Shown: in pieces, positions 30,444 to 42,906 of the stretch
Numbering within the stretch: the first letter of the stretch is position 1
Layout: every line of letters begins with the position of its first letter
NCBI GenBank assembly: GCA_963831055.1
Contig: CAWHOU010000049.1
Coordinates: 51,748 to 115,747 of the forward strand
DNA length: 64,000 nucleotides
Direction: 5' to 3'
Source: an uncultured Acidobacteriaceae bacterium
Lineage (GTDB): Bacteria; Acidobacteriota; Terriglobia; Terriglobales; Acidobacteriaceae
Notes under the pieces: model-generated
Seen by the model: only the letters and a program-made list of their open reading frames with translations
What the model was told of the DNA's origin: nothing
Database searches by the model: none
Made by a program: the position numbers and the translations under genes

Positions 30444-30782
30444 TTATCGGTTATCGGGATGGTCGTGGTCATGCTGCCAGTCGTGGTCGTAGACCATCTG
30501 GTACCCGCGGCGGAACCCTTCGCGGAAATCGGCCCGCTCGTCGCGTGGACGATCCGGATGCCGGAAGGTGTCATGACGATTGGGATCGGGTGGCTTGTGG
30601 GCATCGATGTCGTGGCGCGCCGCTTCAATTCCGTCATGGAACCCGCTGTGCCATGCGCCGGACCAGTTGCCCTGCGGCTCGTCCGGGTGCCATGGCCCCT
30701 CCTGCGCATGAACTGCCAGTGCTGCTCCACCTGACAAGGCGAGGCCCAGCAACGCGGTAATTGCGATATTGCCTTTTCTCAT
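30444..30782 (-). CDS. Secreted His/Asp-rich small protein (112 aa)
   Basis: GGAG SD. Signal peptide MRKGNIAITALLGLALSGGAALAVHA. The mature part has about 11 His and ends DHDWQHDHDHPDNR. Confidence 0.65.
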   Translation of the reverse strand: MRKGNIAITALLGLALSGGAALAVHAQEGPWHPDEPQGNWSGAWHSGFHDGIEAARHDIDAHKPPDPNRHDTFRHPDRPRDERADFREGFRRGYQMVYDHDWQHDHDHPDNR

Positions 30783-30931
30783 CGAATTTCTCCTAACTTT
30801 TCGTGGGGTGTTTAGCTTTGCGAGATTGCTGCATCCCTCGTTCAGGTGTGATGCCACCGCCGCCGAGAAGAGGTATCGATGCGAAGAGAAAATTCGGACT
30901 CGCCCGTGCGGTCATCCGGAAAGGTTGCCTG

Positions 30932-31672
30932 TCACCGCAAAGTAGCGTTAAGCGACTTCAGCGATTGAATGGCTGCGATTTGCGCCCCAAGCGCCTCTGC
31001 CCACTCTGATGCCGAATCCACAAGGCAATCCGAAGGGATGGACTCCACCGTATGCGACGATAACCCGAAGCGGCACCCGACCACCCACGTCCCCGCGCGG
31101 CGCGCGGTCAGAATATCCACGCTCGAGTCGCCAATCATCAGCGTCTCGCCCGGCGCTACTCCCGCCTCGCAAATTAAAGTGTTCAGTCCCTCGGGGTCCG
31201 GCTTCTTGCTCGCAAAAGTGTTGCCGCCATAGATACGAAACATGTAAGGGCTGAGCCCCAGCGCATCGCAGATTGCTACCGAGGGTCCCACCGGCTTATT
31301 GGTTAGCACGGCCATTTTTCGCGGCGTACCGTCTGCCGTTACGCGCATCGCATCGAGCGACTCAAAGACGCCAGGGTAGACGTATGTGTAATCCAGCTTG
31401 TGCTCGCGGTAATGGGCCAGGAAGTGCTGCAGCGCATTCTCCACAAGACGCTCGTCCTCCGGATCGCCCAATGCTCGCCGTACCAGCATCCCTGCGCCAT
31501 CGCCGATGTATGTCGCGATAATCTCTTCGGGCAGGGGTTCTCGCCCAAACTCCGCAAGCATCGCATTGATCGAATTCGTGAGATCCCTGCGCGAGTCGAT
31601 CAGCGTGCCGTCCAGATCGAACACGATCAGCCGAATCTTTTCTCCAGGAATCGGATTAGGCATCTGCAGCAT
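30932..31672 (-). CDS. HAD-superfamily hydrolase, phosphoglycolate-phosphatase-like
   Basis: LIVFDLDGTLIDS, TNKP, GDSSVDILTARRAG motifs. Confidence 0.85.
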   Translation of the reverse strand: MLQMPNPIPGEKIRLIVFDLDGTLIDSRRDLTNSINAMLAEFGREPLPEEIIATYIGDGAGMLVRRALGDPEDERLVENALQHFLAHYREHKLDYTYVYPGVFESLDAMRVTADGTPRKMAVLTNKPVGPSVAICDALGLSPYMFRIYGGNTFASKKPDPEGLNTLICEAGVAPGETLMIGDSSVDILTARRAGTWVVGCRFGLSSHTVESIPSDCLVDSASEWAEALGAQIAAIQSLKSLNATLR

Positions 31673-31734
31673 ATTTCCAGTGTAACGAGCCTGTGACCTT
31701 CGCTGATTCGATGACCCTGCGCTATGCTCTCAGA

Positions 31735-33813
31735 ATGCTGAAATTCTCAGGATGCACGCCCCTGGCCGCACTCTGCCTCGGTTTCCTCTCATTCGCTCAT
31801 GCGGTGGCCGAAGATCGCTTCCCTTCCAACGAGGACATGCGCCATGTGCGTTCCATGGCCCAGCCGAAAGTTTCACCCGACGGGCAAAGCGTGCTCATTC
31901 AAATCTCCGACGCTACCGCCGACGGCGGCAAGAGCCACCTTTGGCTGGTCGACGTCAAGTCAAACTCGTCACGCCAACTGACCTGGTCGGCGACCGGCGA
32001 CAAGCGCGGCGAATCCGCGGGCCAATGGATGCCAGATGGAGAAAGCATTCTCTTCCTGGCCCATCGTGGCGAGCACACCCAGTTATTCCGGCTGCCAATG
32101 AATGGCGGCGAGGCACATCCTTTCGAAATAAAACTGATCCCGCCGGTTGACGAATCGACCGCTCCCGACGCGATTCCCCCGGCGAAGAAGTCAGCGACAA
32201 CCACCGACCCAGCCAAGCCGGAGCCGGTCGAGGCCGATGTTGAGCGCTATTTCATCGCGCCCGATGGCAAGCACATCGCCATCCTGGTGCGCGACCCCGA
32301 GACTCCAGGCGAGAAGAAAGATCACGACGAGAAAGCCGACGCAGTCTGGGTCAATCACGATCCCCACGGTTCGCGCCTCTACCTGCTCGATCCGGTAGAC
32401 GGAAAGCTGATCCCCACCGGCGTGCCGCCCGATGTGGAGCATGTCGCCTGGGTGCAACAGGGCGATCGGCTTCTCGCGATCTCCGAAGGTATGAATGGCG
32501 CTGGCGACCTTTCGCCCGCGGCGAGCATCTGGCTCCTGTCTACTTCCGATCCTGCCCATCCGACGCAGCTCAAATCCGCGCCCGCGACCATTGGGGCCGC
32601 CGCATGGTCCCCTGACCAGAGCCGCGTCTTCTTCCTCGCGCAGAGCCAGGCCGACGCGCCTCCTGGCTATGAGGACCTGTACTCAATCACCGTGGCCGAT
32701 GGCTCAATCCACAACCTGAGCAATGGCTTCGAGGGAAGCATGGGGCACGACGAACCTCTTCCGGTGGGTGACGCGGTTCTTGAGTCTGCGGAAACGGGCA
32801 CGAAAACCACGCTATTGCGTTTCGATGGCGACCGCCGGGAGCCTCTGCATTTTGACACTGCGACGGTTACACAATTCAATACGAATGCGAAACACACCGC
32901 ATGGGTGTGGCTGGGTTCTTCCAGCGACCAACCGCCAGCGCTTTACTATGCGGACAAACCCGGCGCATCGGCGCGAGCTCTGCACACTCCCGATCTGCTA
33001 CCCGCCTCGTGGACCCAGGTAAGCTCGCAATTGCTCTCCTGGAAGAGCGATTCCTTCACTGTCGAGGGCCTGCTCTACCTGCCTTCCCAGGCCGCGCAGC
33101 ACAAGGTTCCGCTCATCGTCGACGTGCACGGCGGTCCCACGGGCGCCTTCGAGGACAACTGGAATGCGCTAACGGAATTCCTTCTTGGCCAGGGTTGGGC
33201 CGTACTGCGCACGAATCCGCGCGGCAGCACCGGCTATGGCGCAGCCTTTGCCGCGGCCAACAAAAACGATATGGGCGGCGGCGATTATCGAGACATCATG
33301 GCCGGACTCGATACCGTCCTCGCGAAGTATCCCATCGACAGCAACAAACTCGCCCTCATGGGCTACAGCTACGGCGGCGAAATGGCCGGCTTCGTCGAAG
33401 GCCAGACCGATCGCTTCAAGGCTATCGTCAGCGGAGCTCCGGTCATCGACCAGGAGAGCGAATACGGAACCGAAAGCAGCTCCTGGTACGACCGCTGGTT
33501 CTATGGCGGCTATCCCTGGGAGCACGCCGAAAGCGCATGGCGTCAAAGCCCGCTCGCCAACGCTGCGCACGCGAGGACGCCCTTCCTCCTGCTACAGGGA
33601 GAGAGCGACAAGACCGACCCTCTCGGCCAAAGCCAGGAAATGTATCGAGCACTGCGACAAATGGGCGTTCAGGTCGAGATGGTGCAGTATCCGCGCGAAG
33701 ATCACGGCCCACTTGCGGGCGGCATCTTCGGTTCCCCCAGCACCGAACCGTGGCATGGATTCGATGGCCGCCAGCGAATCGTCACCTTCATCAAAAAAGC
33801 CTTCGGAGAATGA
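31735..33813 (+). CDS. S9 family serine peptidase (beta-propeller + alpha/beta hydrolase), secreted
   Basis: Signal peptide after M at 31735. GYSYGG nucleophile elbow, PFLLLQGESD, EDHG. The ORF is open from 31693. Confidence 0.9.
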   Translation: MLKFSGCTPLAALCLGFLSFAHAVAEDRFPSNEDMRHVRSMAQPKVSPDGQSVLIQISDATADGGKSHLWLVDVKSNSSRQLTWSATGDKRGESAGQWMPDGESILFLAHRGEHTQLFRLPMNGGEAHPFEIKLIPPVDESTAPDAIPPAKKSATTTDPAKPEPVEADVERYFIAPDGKHIAILVRDPETPGEKKDHDEKADAVWVNHDPHGSRLYLLDPVDGKLIPTGVPPDVEHVAWVQQGDRLLAISEGMNGAGDLSPAASIWLLSTSDPAHPTQLKSAPATIGAAAWSPDQSRVFFLAQSQADAPPGYEDLYSITVADGSIHNLSNGFEGSMGHDEPLPVGDAVLESAETGTKTTLLRFDGDRREPLHFDTATVTQFNTNAKHTAWVWLGSSSDQPPALYYADKPGASARALHTPDLLPASWTQVSSQLLSWKSDSFTVEGLLYLPSQAAQHKVPLIVDVHGGPTGAFEDNWNALTEFLLGQGWAVLRTNPRGSTGYGAAFAAANKNDMGGGDYRDIMAGLDTVLAKYPIDSNKLALMGYSYGGEMAGFVEGQTDRFKAIVSGAPVIDQESEYGTESSSWYDRWFYGGYPWEHAESAWRQSPLANAAHARTPFLLLQGESDKTDPLGQSQEMYRALRQMGVQVEMVQYPREDHGPLAGGIFGSPSTEPWHGFDGRQRIVTFIKKAFGE

Positions 33814-33878
33814 AGAGCCGGTCACGCGGTACGGGGCCAGAATCCACTCCGCGCACCTGAACCCTCAGAACCGTTGCG

Positions 33879-35291
33879 TCAGATCCGCTGCCTCTTCCAC
33901 CGTCCCCTCTTAAACAGTACGAGGCTGGCCAGCGCAATCGAGCATTCCGCGATGACCACGGCAAGGAAGGCTCCTTCTGCACGTAGATGCGCGCGCGTGG
34001 CCAGCCACCAGGCCAGAGGTATTTCCAGCACCCAGAAGCCGAAGAAGTTCACGATCGTTGGCGTCACCGTGTCGCCTGCTCCATTGAAGGCCTGCAGCAG
34101 CACCATAACCCAGGCATACGCGATATTTCCGCAAGCAAAGGTTCGCAGCGCCTTCCCTCCTATCGCCACCACCTCGGGATCACTCACAAATAAGCGCACC
34201 ACGGGCGTGGCCCAAACGAAAAATACAACTCCCAGGGTCGCCAGGAAGAGCATGTTGTAAAGCCCCGTGCGCCACACGGCCTGCTCGGCTCGTTCCGGAC
34301 GCTTTGCCCCCAGATTCTGCCCCACCAGAGTCGCAGCGGCATTGCTCAGCCCCCACGCTGGCAGGATGAAGAAAATCAGCACACGGACGGCCACGGTATA
34401 GCCCGCGACAGATGCCGCGCCGAAGACAGCAACAATGCGGACCAGGCCAATCCAACTGGCATTCGAGATAGCAAACTGCAGTATGCCGGTGAGTGAAACC
34501 TGCAACAGCCGCCACAAAACCGGCACATTCAGATAGATGTGGCGCGGAAGGATGTGAATGCGCTCGGTCCCGCGCATCAACCGGTAGAACTGATAGAGAA
34601 CCGCGATACTGCGGCCCGTGAATGTGGCCAGCGCCGCGCCCGTTACGCCAAGGTGCGGGAAAGGACCAAGTCCGAAAATAAGGCAGGGGTCAAGGATGAG
34701 GTTGATGATGTTCGACACCCACAACAGACGCATGGCAATGGCTGCATCGCCGGCTCCGCGAAAGATGGCGTTGTTGAGGAAGAGCATGATGATGGCGCCG
34801 CAACCGCCCAGTGCAATCCGCGCGTAGCCGGATCCAAGCGCCACAATCGCCGGTGAGGCCCCCATCAGACGCAGCAGATGCGGCGCTGCAAGACCCGCCG
34901 GAATCCCCAGCCCCAACGAAATCAGCAAGCCCAGCATGATGGCCTGTACCGCCGAGATCGCCGCGTCTTCCTGATCCTTCTCTCCAATACGCCGCGCCAC
35001 CATCGCTGTTGTCGAGAGCGAAAGACCCAAACCAATCGAGAACGCCAGCGCCAGTATCGACTCCGTGATTCCCACCGTCGCGACCGCATTCGCCCCCAGG
35101 CGCCCCACCCAGGCCGTGTCTACGACTGCGAACAGCGACTCCAGCACCATCTCCAGCACCATCGGAATCGCGAGCAGCAGAATCGACCGGTTCAGGCTGC
35201 CGGCGGTGTAGTCCTGATGCGAACCGCGCAGTGCCTCGCGCACGGAAGCCCAGAGTCCCGGCTGGGGCGCGGACTGAACGGGGATGTCCAT
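33879..35291 (-). CDS. MATE family efflux transporter
   Basis: 12 TM, LAIPMVLEMVLESLFAVVDTAWVGRLG. Confidence 0.9.
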   Translation of the reverse strand: MDIPVQSAPQPGLWASVREALRGSHQDYTAGSLNRSILLLAIPMVLEMVLESLFAVVDTAWVGRLGANAVATVGITESILALAFSIGLGLSLSTTAMVARRIGEKDQEDAAISAVQAIMLGLLISLGLGIPAGLAAPHLLRLMGASPAIVALGSGYARIALGGCGAIIMLFLNNAIFRGAGDAAIAMRLLWVSNIINLILDPCLIFGLGPFPHLGVTGAALATFTGRSIAVLYQFYRLMRGTERIHILPRHIYLNVPVLWRLLQVSLTGILQFAISNASWIGLVRIVAVFGAASVAGYTVAVRVLIFFILPAWGLSNAAATLVGQNLGAKRPERAEQAVWRTGLYNMLFLATLGVVFFVWATPVVRLFVSDPEVVAIGGKALRTFACGNIAYAWVMVLLQAFNGAGDTVTPTIVNFFGFWVLEIPLAWWLATRAHLRAEGAFLAVVIAECSIALASLVLFKRGRWKRQRI

Positions 35292-35407
35292 TGGTTAAAG
35301 AAGTGTACCGAAGCGCGGGCAGCGGAACGTCACGGTTATGTCACAACGATGACGGTAGCCGCGCTATGCCTTCTGCGCGCCCTGAGCCGCGTGCTCTGTG
35401 TCGTGCT

Positions 35408-36172
35408 TCAGATCAGCAACGGCTGCGCGGTTTCTTCTGAAGGCGCATCCGCGAAATGCAGATCGGGTAGATCCGCCACGGCCCGGCGCAGCGATTGTTC
35501 CCAGCGCGCGTGGATCGTCTGCAACTCGGCATCGCCATGCGTGAACTTGCGATAGCAGTCCAGGTGAAGGCTGTCCTTGCGGTAGAGCAACAGCTCAATA
35601 GGCGGCCCAATCGCCCCATTCGATCGCATCGTGGCGTCGAAGGAAAGAAGCGCATATTTTGCCGCGACCATAAGGCTCGTCGAGCTGAACACAACGCCGC
35701 GGTCCAGCAGAGGACGGCCGTATTTGTACTCCCCGAGCTGCAAAAACGGCGACTCCTCGGTCGCGCTGATCGGGTTGCCCTGCGGGTAGATCATGTAGAG
35801 CGCCGGTGCCTCGCCCCGCACCTGTCCGCCCAACAGCAAATGCACATTGAAAGAGTAGTTGTCCCTCTCCAGCGCCTCGCGGTCCAGCTCCGCGACCTGG
35901 CGCACGCAATCGCCCAGATCTCGTGCCGCCTCATACATGCTGTGCGCCCGCGCCAAACCCTCGCCTGCCGCGAAACTGGCTTTCGCCAAATTCATCACCG
36001 ATTGGCTGAGTGACAGGCTTCCGCTGCTCAGCACCACAAATGCCCGCTCTCCCGGCTGGCAGAAGGTATGCATCTTGCGCGCGATGTTCAGGTCGTCGAA
36101 TCCCGCGTTCGTCCGCGAATCCGACGCCATTACCAGCCCTTCCTGTGTCATGATGCCAAGACAGTAGGTCAT
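35408..36172 (-). CDS. Proteasome-type protease, Anbu (ancestral beta subunit) family
   Basis: MTYCLGIMTQEGLVMASDSRTNAGFDDL N-terminus (Thr2 nucleophile context). 254 aa. Confidence 0.85.
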   Translation of the reverse strand: MTYCLGIMTQEGLVMASDSRTNAGFDDLNIARKMHTFCQPGERAFVVLSSGSLSLSQSVMNLAKASFAAGEGLARAHSMYEAARDLGDCVRQVAELDREALERDNYSFNVHLLLGGQVRGEAPALYMIYPQGNPISATEESPFLQLGEYKYGRPLLDRGVVFSSTSLMVAAKYALLSFDATMRSNGAIGPPIELLLYRKDSLHLDCYRKFTHGDAELQTIHARWEQSLRRAVADLPDLHFADAPSEETAQPLLI

Positions 36173-36312
36173 TGTAGTGGTGCAGTTCCCCCGGTTTGCG
36201 TGTGCCGATATGCCATTGTGCCAGCTTTCCCCCCCGGTTCAAAGACATTCGACAACGCTCCCATTGATCGTTACATCTTAAAGACACCATTGAATAACAC
36301 TGTGGAGGCACG

Positions 36313-37149
36313 ATGCTCCTTCGTTTGGGCTACGATATGTTGTTCGACATCCCCGAACCGGTCGCCTGCGTGGCTCAGCTCCGGGTCCATCCGTCGCGAA
36401 CCTCCGGCCTGCGCGGGCCCGACCATGTTCACGTGGAACCGAACGTCTCCGTCGAGGACTATACGGACTCATTCGGCAATCTCTGCACGCGATTCCTCGC
36501 GCCGCCGGGCCAGCTGCGGCTGAAAAACGATTTCCTGTTTGAGGATCCCGGCTTACCCGACCCCGCCAGCCCTTATGCTCTGGCTCATCCCATCGCCGAG
36601 CTTCCCCACGATATACTGCGTTTTCTTCTCAGCAGCCGTTACTGCGAAGTCGACAGCCTGGCCCCGGCGGCTTTCGACCTTTTCGGAAACACCGTCGCGG
36701 GCTGGGAGCGCGTGCGCGCCATTTGCAACTGGGTTCATGCCAAAGTGGCCTTCGGCTATTCCTTCGCCCGCCCCACCAAGACAGCGCTCGACGTCTTCAC
36801 CGAGCGTCAGGGGGTCTGCCGCGACTTCCAGCATCTGGCCATCACTTTTTGCCGCGCTCTCGGTATTCCCGCGCGTTACGTCGCCGGCTACCTCGGCGAC
36901 ATTGGGGTGCCCCCTTCGGACACTCCCATGGACTTCAGCGCCTGGTTCGAGGTCTATCTCGAGAATCGCTGGTGGTCCTTCGATGCTCGCCATAACGTGC
37001 CGAGGATCGGCCGCATACTGATGGCGACAGGACGCGATGCCGCGGACGTGGCCTTCTTCACATCGTTCGGGACGGCGAATCTGAAAACCTTCCTGGTGAT
37101 TTCAGACGAGGTGAAAGACGCTCGGTCTTCTCCTGAGCCCCGGGCCTGA
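36313..37149 (+). CDS. Transglutaminase-like cysteine protease family protein
   Basis: GVCRDFQHLAITFCRALGIPARYVAGY core with an N-terminal Bact_transglu_N-like region. Confidence 0.9.
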   Translation: MLLRLGYDMLFDIPEPVACVAQLRVHPSRTSGLRGPDHVHVEPNVSVEDYTDSFGNLCTRFLAPPGQLRLKNDFLFEDPGLPDPASPYALAHPIAELPHDILRFLLSSRYCEVDSLAPAAFDLFGNTVAGWERVRAICNWVHAKVAFGYSFARPTKTALDVFTERQGVCRDFQHLAITFCRALGIPARYVAGYLGDIGVPPSDTPMDFSAWFEVYLENRWWSFDARHNVPRIGRILMATGRDAADVAFFTSFGTANLKTFLVISDEVKDARSSPEPRA

Positions 37150-37249
37150 TCGCAGCCAATTTCGTTCCTGCCCTATTGATCAGCATTCGGGGTATACTTT
37201 CCCCTCCCTCAAAGACCCACTATTTCCAATTCCGAAAGGGGGCATTCCG

Positions 37250-37582
37250 ATGCCCAATTACCTCTTGCAAGTCGCCTACACCGCCGAGGCGGTGGCGGCT
37301 CTGATTGCGAAACCGCACGACCGTACCGAGGTCATCGGCAAGGTAGTGGAGAAACTCGGCGGCAAGCCCGGACCGCTGTATCTCTCGTTTGGGGACTACG
37401 ACGTCGTTGGAATTTACGAGATGCCGGATAACGTGAGCGCGGCGGCCTTCGCGTTTGCGATTGCTGCCGGCGGCGCCTGCAAAAACGTGAAGACCACGCC
37501 GCTGTTGACTACCGAGGAGGGGCTTGCTGCCATGAAGAAAGCGGGCAAGTCAGGCTATAAACCGGTGACGGCGAAAAAGTAG
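37250..37582 (+). CDS. GYD domain-containing protein
   Basis: About 110 aa. SFGDYDVVGIYEMPDN motif. Confidence 0.85.
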   Translation: MPNYLLQVAYTAEAVAALIAKPHDRTEVIGKVVEKLGGKPGPLYLSFGDYDVVGIYEMPDNVSAAAFAFAIAAGGACKNVKTTPLLTTEEGLAAMKKAGKSGYKPVTAKK

Positions 37583-37615
37583 TGTTTTTCGGGGTCGGGG
37601 CCAGCGGGAGCGAAA

Positions 37616-38047
37616 TCAATGCTTCGCCGCCCCGGCGCTCTCCAGCTTCGCTTCCGCTTCGGCGATGACCTCGTTGGCGCGGGCGTACTTCTCAGGATCT
37701 TCGCCGGCATCGTTCCAGAGCTGCTGACCATGCTGGAGTTGTTCCTGCACCGCTCCGGTGTCAATTTCCTCGGGCTTGTGCGCTGACTCCGCAAGAATCG
37801 TCACACGTTCCGGCAGCACCTCAACAAAGCCCCGCGCAACTGTGTATCGCTGGGCTGACTCCGCCCCCCCGCCCCCGACGCCATGCAGCCGCACTTCCCC
37901 CGCCCCCATTTCAGACAGCAGCGGAGCGTGCCCGTACAGCACCTCGAAGTACCCGTTCTTCCCCGGTACCTCGACGGCCTCCGCATCCTGGTCCACCAGG
38001 ATACGATCCGGGGTCACCAGCCGCACTTTGAGCTTGCCGTCGGCCAT
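37616..38047 (-). CDS. atpC: F1 ATP synthase epsilon subunit
   Basis: LKVRLVTPDRIL...GYFEVLYGHAPLLS. Directly downstream of atpD. Confidence 0.9.
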   Translation of the reverse strand: MADGKLKVRLVTPDRILVDQDAEAVEVPGKNGYFEVLYGHAPLLSEMGAGEVRLHGVGGGGAESAQRYTVARGFVEVLPERVTILAESAHKPEEIDTGAVQEQLQHGQQLWNDAGEDPEKYARANEVIAEAEAKLESAGAAKH

Positions 38048-38049
38048 GG

Positions 38050-40591
<2,542 letters not shown>

Positions 40592-40606
40592 GGCTTTTGT
40601 ATGCGC

Positions 40607-42226
40607 CTAGTGCGCTGCTCCCACCGGCTGCTCCGCCTTGTGTTCCTGCTCTTTCGTCTTCTCCTGCTCGTTGAGCGGCTTCACAGCGCTCTCTTTCAGC
40701 TTCGCCTCTTCATGGTCGGCCACGAAGTTCGCCTTGTATTCCTTGAGCGCCGCGTGGATGCGGTTGCGCAGATCGTCGTCAAGGGCCTTCTTCGTCGCGA
40801 TGTCGCTCAGCAACTGCGATTGTCCCGAGTCCAGATAAGGGTAAAGCCCGTCTTCGAACGCGCGAATCTGCTCCACTTTCAGATCATCCAGGTAGCCCTG
40901 CGTTCCGGCAAACAGGATGATGACCTGCTTCTCCGCCGTCAGCGGCTGGAACTGCGGCTGCTTCAGCAGCTCGCTCAACCTCTTGCCACGATTCAGCTGG
41001 TTCTGCGTCACCTTGTCCAGATCGCTGCCGAACTGGGAAAAGGCTGCCAGTTCGCGGTACTGCGCCAGATCGAGCTTCAGAGTCGAACCCACCTGCTTGA
41101 TGGCTTTGATGGCGGCCGAAAATCCCACGCGCGAAACTGACAGGCCCACGTTCACAGCCGGGCGCTGGCCGGAGTTGAACAGATCGGTTTCGAGAAAAAT
41201 CTGTCCGTCGGTGATCGAAATAACGTTCGTCGGAATGTACGCCGAAACGTCACCCGCCTGCGTCTCGATAATGGGCAACGCCGTCAGCGATCCCCCACCC
41301 ATCTTGTCGCTCAACTTCGAAGCGCGCTCCAGCAAACGCGAGTGTAGATAGAACACATCGCCCGGATATGCCTCGCGCCCCGGAGGACGCCGCAGCAGCA
41401 GCGAAATTTCGCGATATGCAATCGCGTGCTTCGAAAGATCGTCGTAGATGATCAGCGCGTGCCGGCCCTTGTCGCGGAAGTACTCGCCCATCGCACAGGC
41501 CGCGTAGGGAGCCAGGTACAGCATCGGAGCCGGCTCCGACGCCGACGCAGCGACGATGATCGTGTGCCGCATCGCGCCGTAACTGTCGAGCGTCTGCACC
41601 ACCTGGGCAATCGACGACCGCTTCTGCCCGATTGCGCAATAGATGCAGATCAGGTCGTTCTTCTCGTTGTTGATGATCGTGTCCAGCGCCACGGCCGTCT
41701 TGCCCGTCTGGCGATCGCCGATAATCAGCTCGCGTTGTCCCCGGCCAATGGGGATCATCGAGTCGATAGCCTTCAGTCCCGTCATCATCGGCTCGCGCAC
41801 CGGCTGACGGTCGATGACGCCCGGAGCCAGCCGCTCCACCGGCAGCATGTCTGAAGCCTGGATCGGACCCTTGTCGTCGATCGGCAAGCCAAGCGAGTTC
41901 ACCACGCGGCCAATCATCGCGTCACCCACCGGTACGCTCAGGATTTTCCCCGTGCGCTTGACCTGGTCGCCCTCGCGAACCTCGGTGTAGTCGCCCAGCA
42001 GCACCGAGCCCACCTGATCCTCTTCAAGACTCATGGCCAACCCTGCGATATCGTGGGGGAATTCCAGTAATTCTCCGGCCATGACCTTGTCCAGCCCATG
42101 CAGGCGCGCAATCCCATCGCCGAGGGTAATGACAGTCCCAACCTCATCGACACGCATCTTCGCGTCGTAATTCGAAATTTGCTCCTTCAGGAGCGCGGTT
42201 ATCTCGTCTGCTTTGATTTGCGCCAT
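40607..42226 (-). CDS. atpA: F1 ATP synthase alpha subunit (539 aa, C-terminal charged extension)
   Basis: GDRQTGKTA Walker A. Tail ...[36 protein letters not shown]. Confidence 0.98.
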   Translation of the reverse strand: MAQIKADEITALLKEQISNYDAKMRVDEVGTVITLGDGIARLHGLDKVMAGELLEFPHDIAGLAMSLEEDQVGSVLLGDYTEVREGDQVKRTGKILSVPVGDAMIGRVVNSLGLPIDDKGPIQASDMLPVERLAPGVIDRQPVREPMMTGLKAIDSMIPIGRGQRELIIGDRQTGKTAVALDTIINNEKNDLICIYCAIGQKRSSIAQVVQTLDSYGAMRHTIIVAASASEPAPMLYLAPYAACAMGEYFRDKGRHALIIYDDLSKHAIAYREISLLLRRPPGREAYPGDVFYLHSRLLERASKLSDKMGGGSLTALPIIETQAGDVSAYIPTNVISITDGQIFLETDLFNSGQRPAVNVGLSVSRVGFSAAIKAIKQVGSTLKLDLAQYRELAAFSQFGSDLDKVTQNQLNRGKRLSELLKQPQFQPLTAEKQVIILFAGTQGYLDDLKVEQIRAFEDGLYPYLDSGQSQLLSDIATKKALDDDLRNRIHAALKEYKANFVADHEEAKLKESAVKPLNEQEKTKEQEHKAEQPVGAAH

Positions 42227-42366
42227 GCTTTTTGTTCCCTGCCTTCGTCGTGCTCGTTATCAGTGCCTGCGCCACGCCAGCCGCGTTTTCGCTGGCCGCT
42301 TCTCTCTGAACGCTTTTCGCGAACCGGGTTTCGCTCGCTGTTAGCTTGTCTTTCGCTGCCTTCCGT

Positions 42367-42906
42367 TTAACGCGCCGTTAGTTCTTCCCTCAGCCGGTTC
42401 AGCCGTCCGCGCACCGAACCGTCGTACACCGTGCTGCCCACCTGCACCACAGCGCCGCCCAGCAGCGAGCTGTCTTCCTCGAACTGTGCCTCCACCGTCC
42501 CGCCGGTGAGGTCCGCGATCTGCTTTTCCAGATCCCCGCGTTCTTTCTCGTCCAGTTTCCTCGCGGATACGACCTTTGCCTCGGAGATTCCCAGCTGCTG
42601 GTTGATCTCGCGCCGCAGCTCCGCCGCCACATCGTCGAATCCCGCGATCCGGTCGTTCCGGATCAGCACTGCGATGAAATTTCGCGTCTGTTGCGACATC
42701 CTGAGCTTCGCGTTCAGCTTGTCGAGAAACGCGACCTTTTGTTCCAGTGGAAACGACGGATCGAGGAAAAACTCGCGAAGCTCCCGGCTCTCGTGCCATG
42801 CGGCGCCAAAATCCCCCAGCTGCTTCTGCACCTCTTTGGCGTTTAGCTTCGTTTCGAAGATCACCTCGGAAAAGGCGCGCGCGTACCTGGATGCGTAGAT
42901 CGCCAT
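42367..42906 (-). CDS. atpH: F1 ATP synthase delta subunit (OSCP)
   Basis: YASRYARAFSEV..., position between atpF and atpA. Confidence 0.9.
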   Translation of the reverse strand: MAIYASRYARAFSEVIFETKLNAKEVQKQLGDFGAAWHESRELREFFLDPSFPLEQKVAFLDKLNAKLRMSQQTRNFIAVLIRNDRIAGFDDVAAELRREINQQLGISEAKVVSARKLDEKERGDLEKQIADLTGGTVEAQFEEDSSLLGGAVVQVGSTVYDGSVRGRLNRLREELTAR

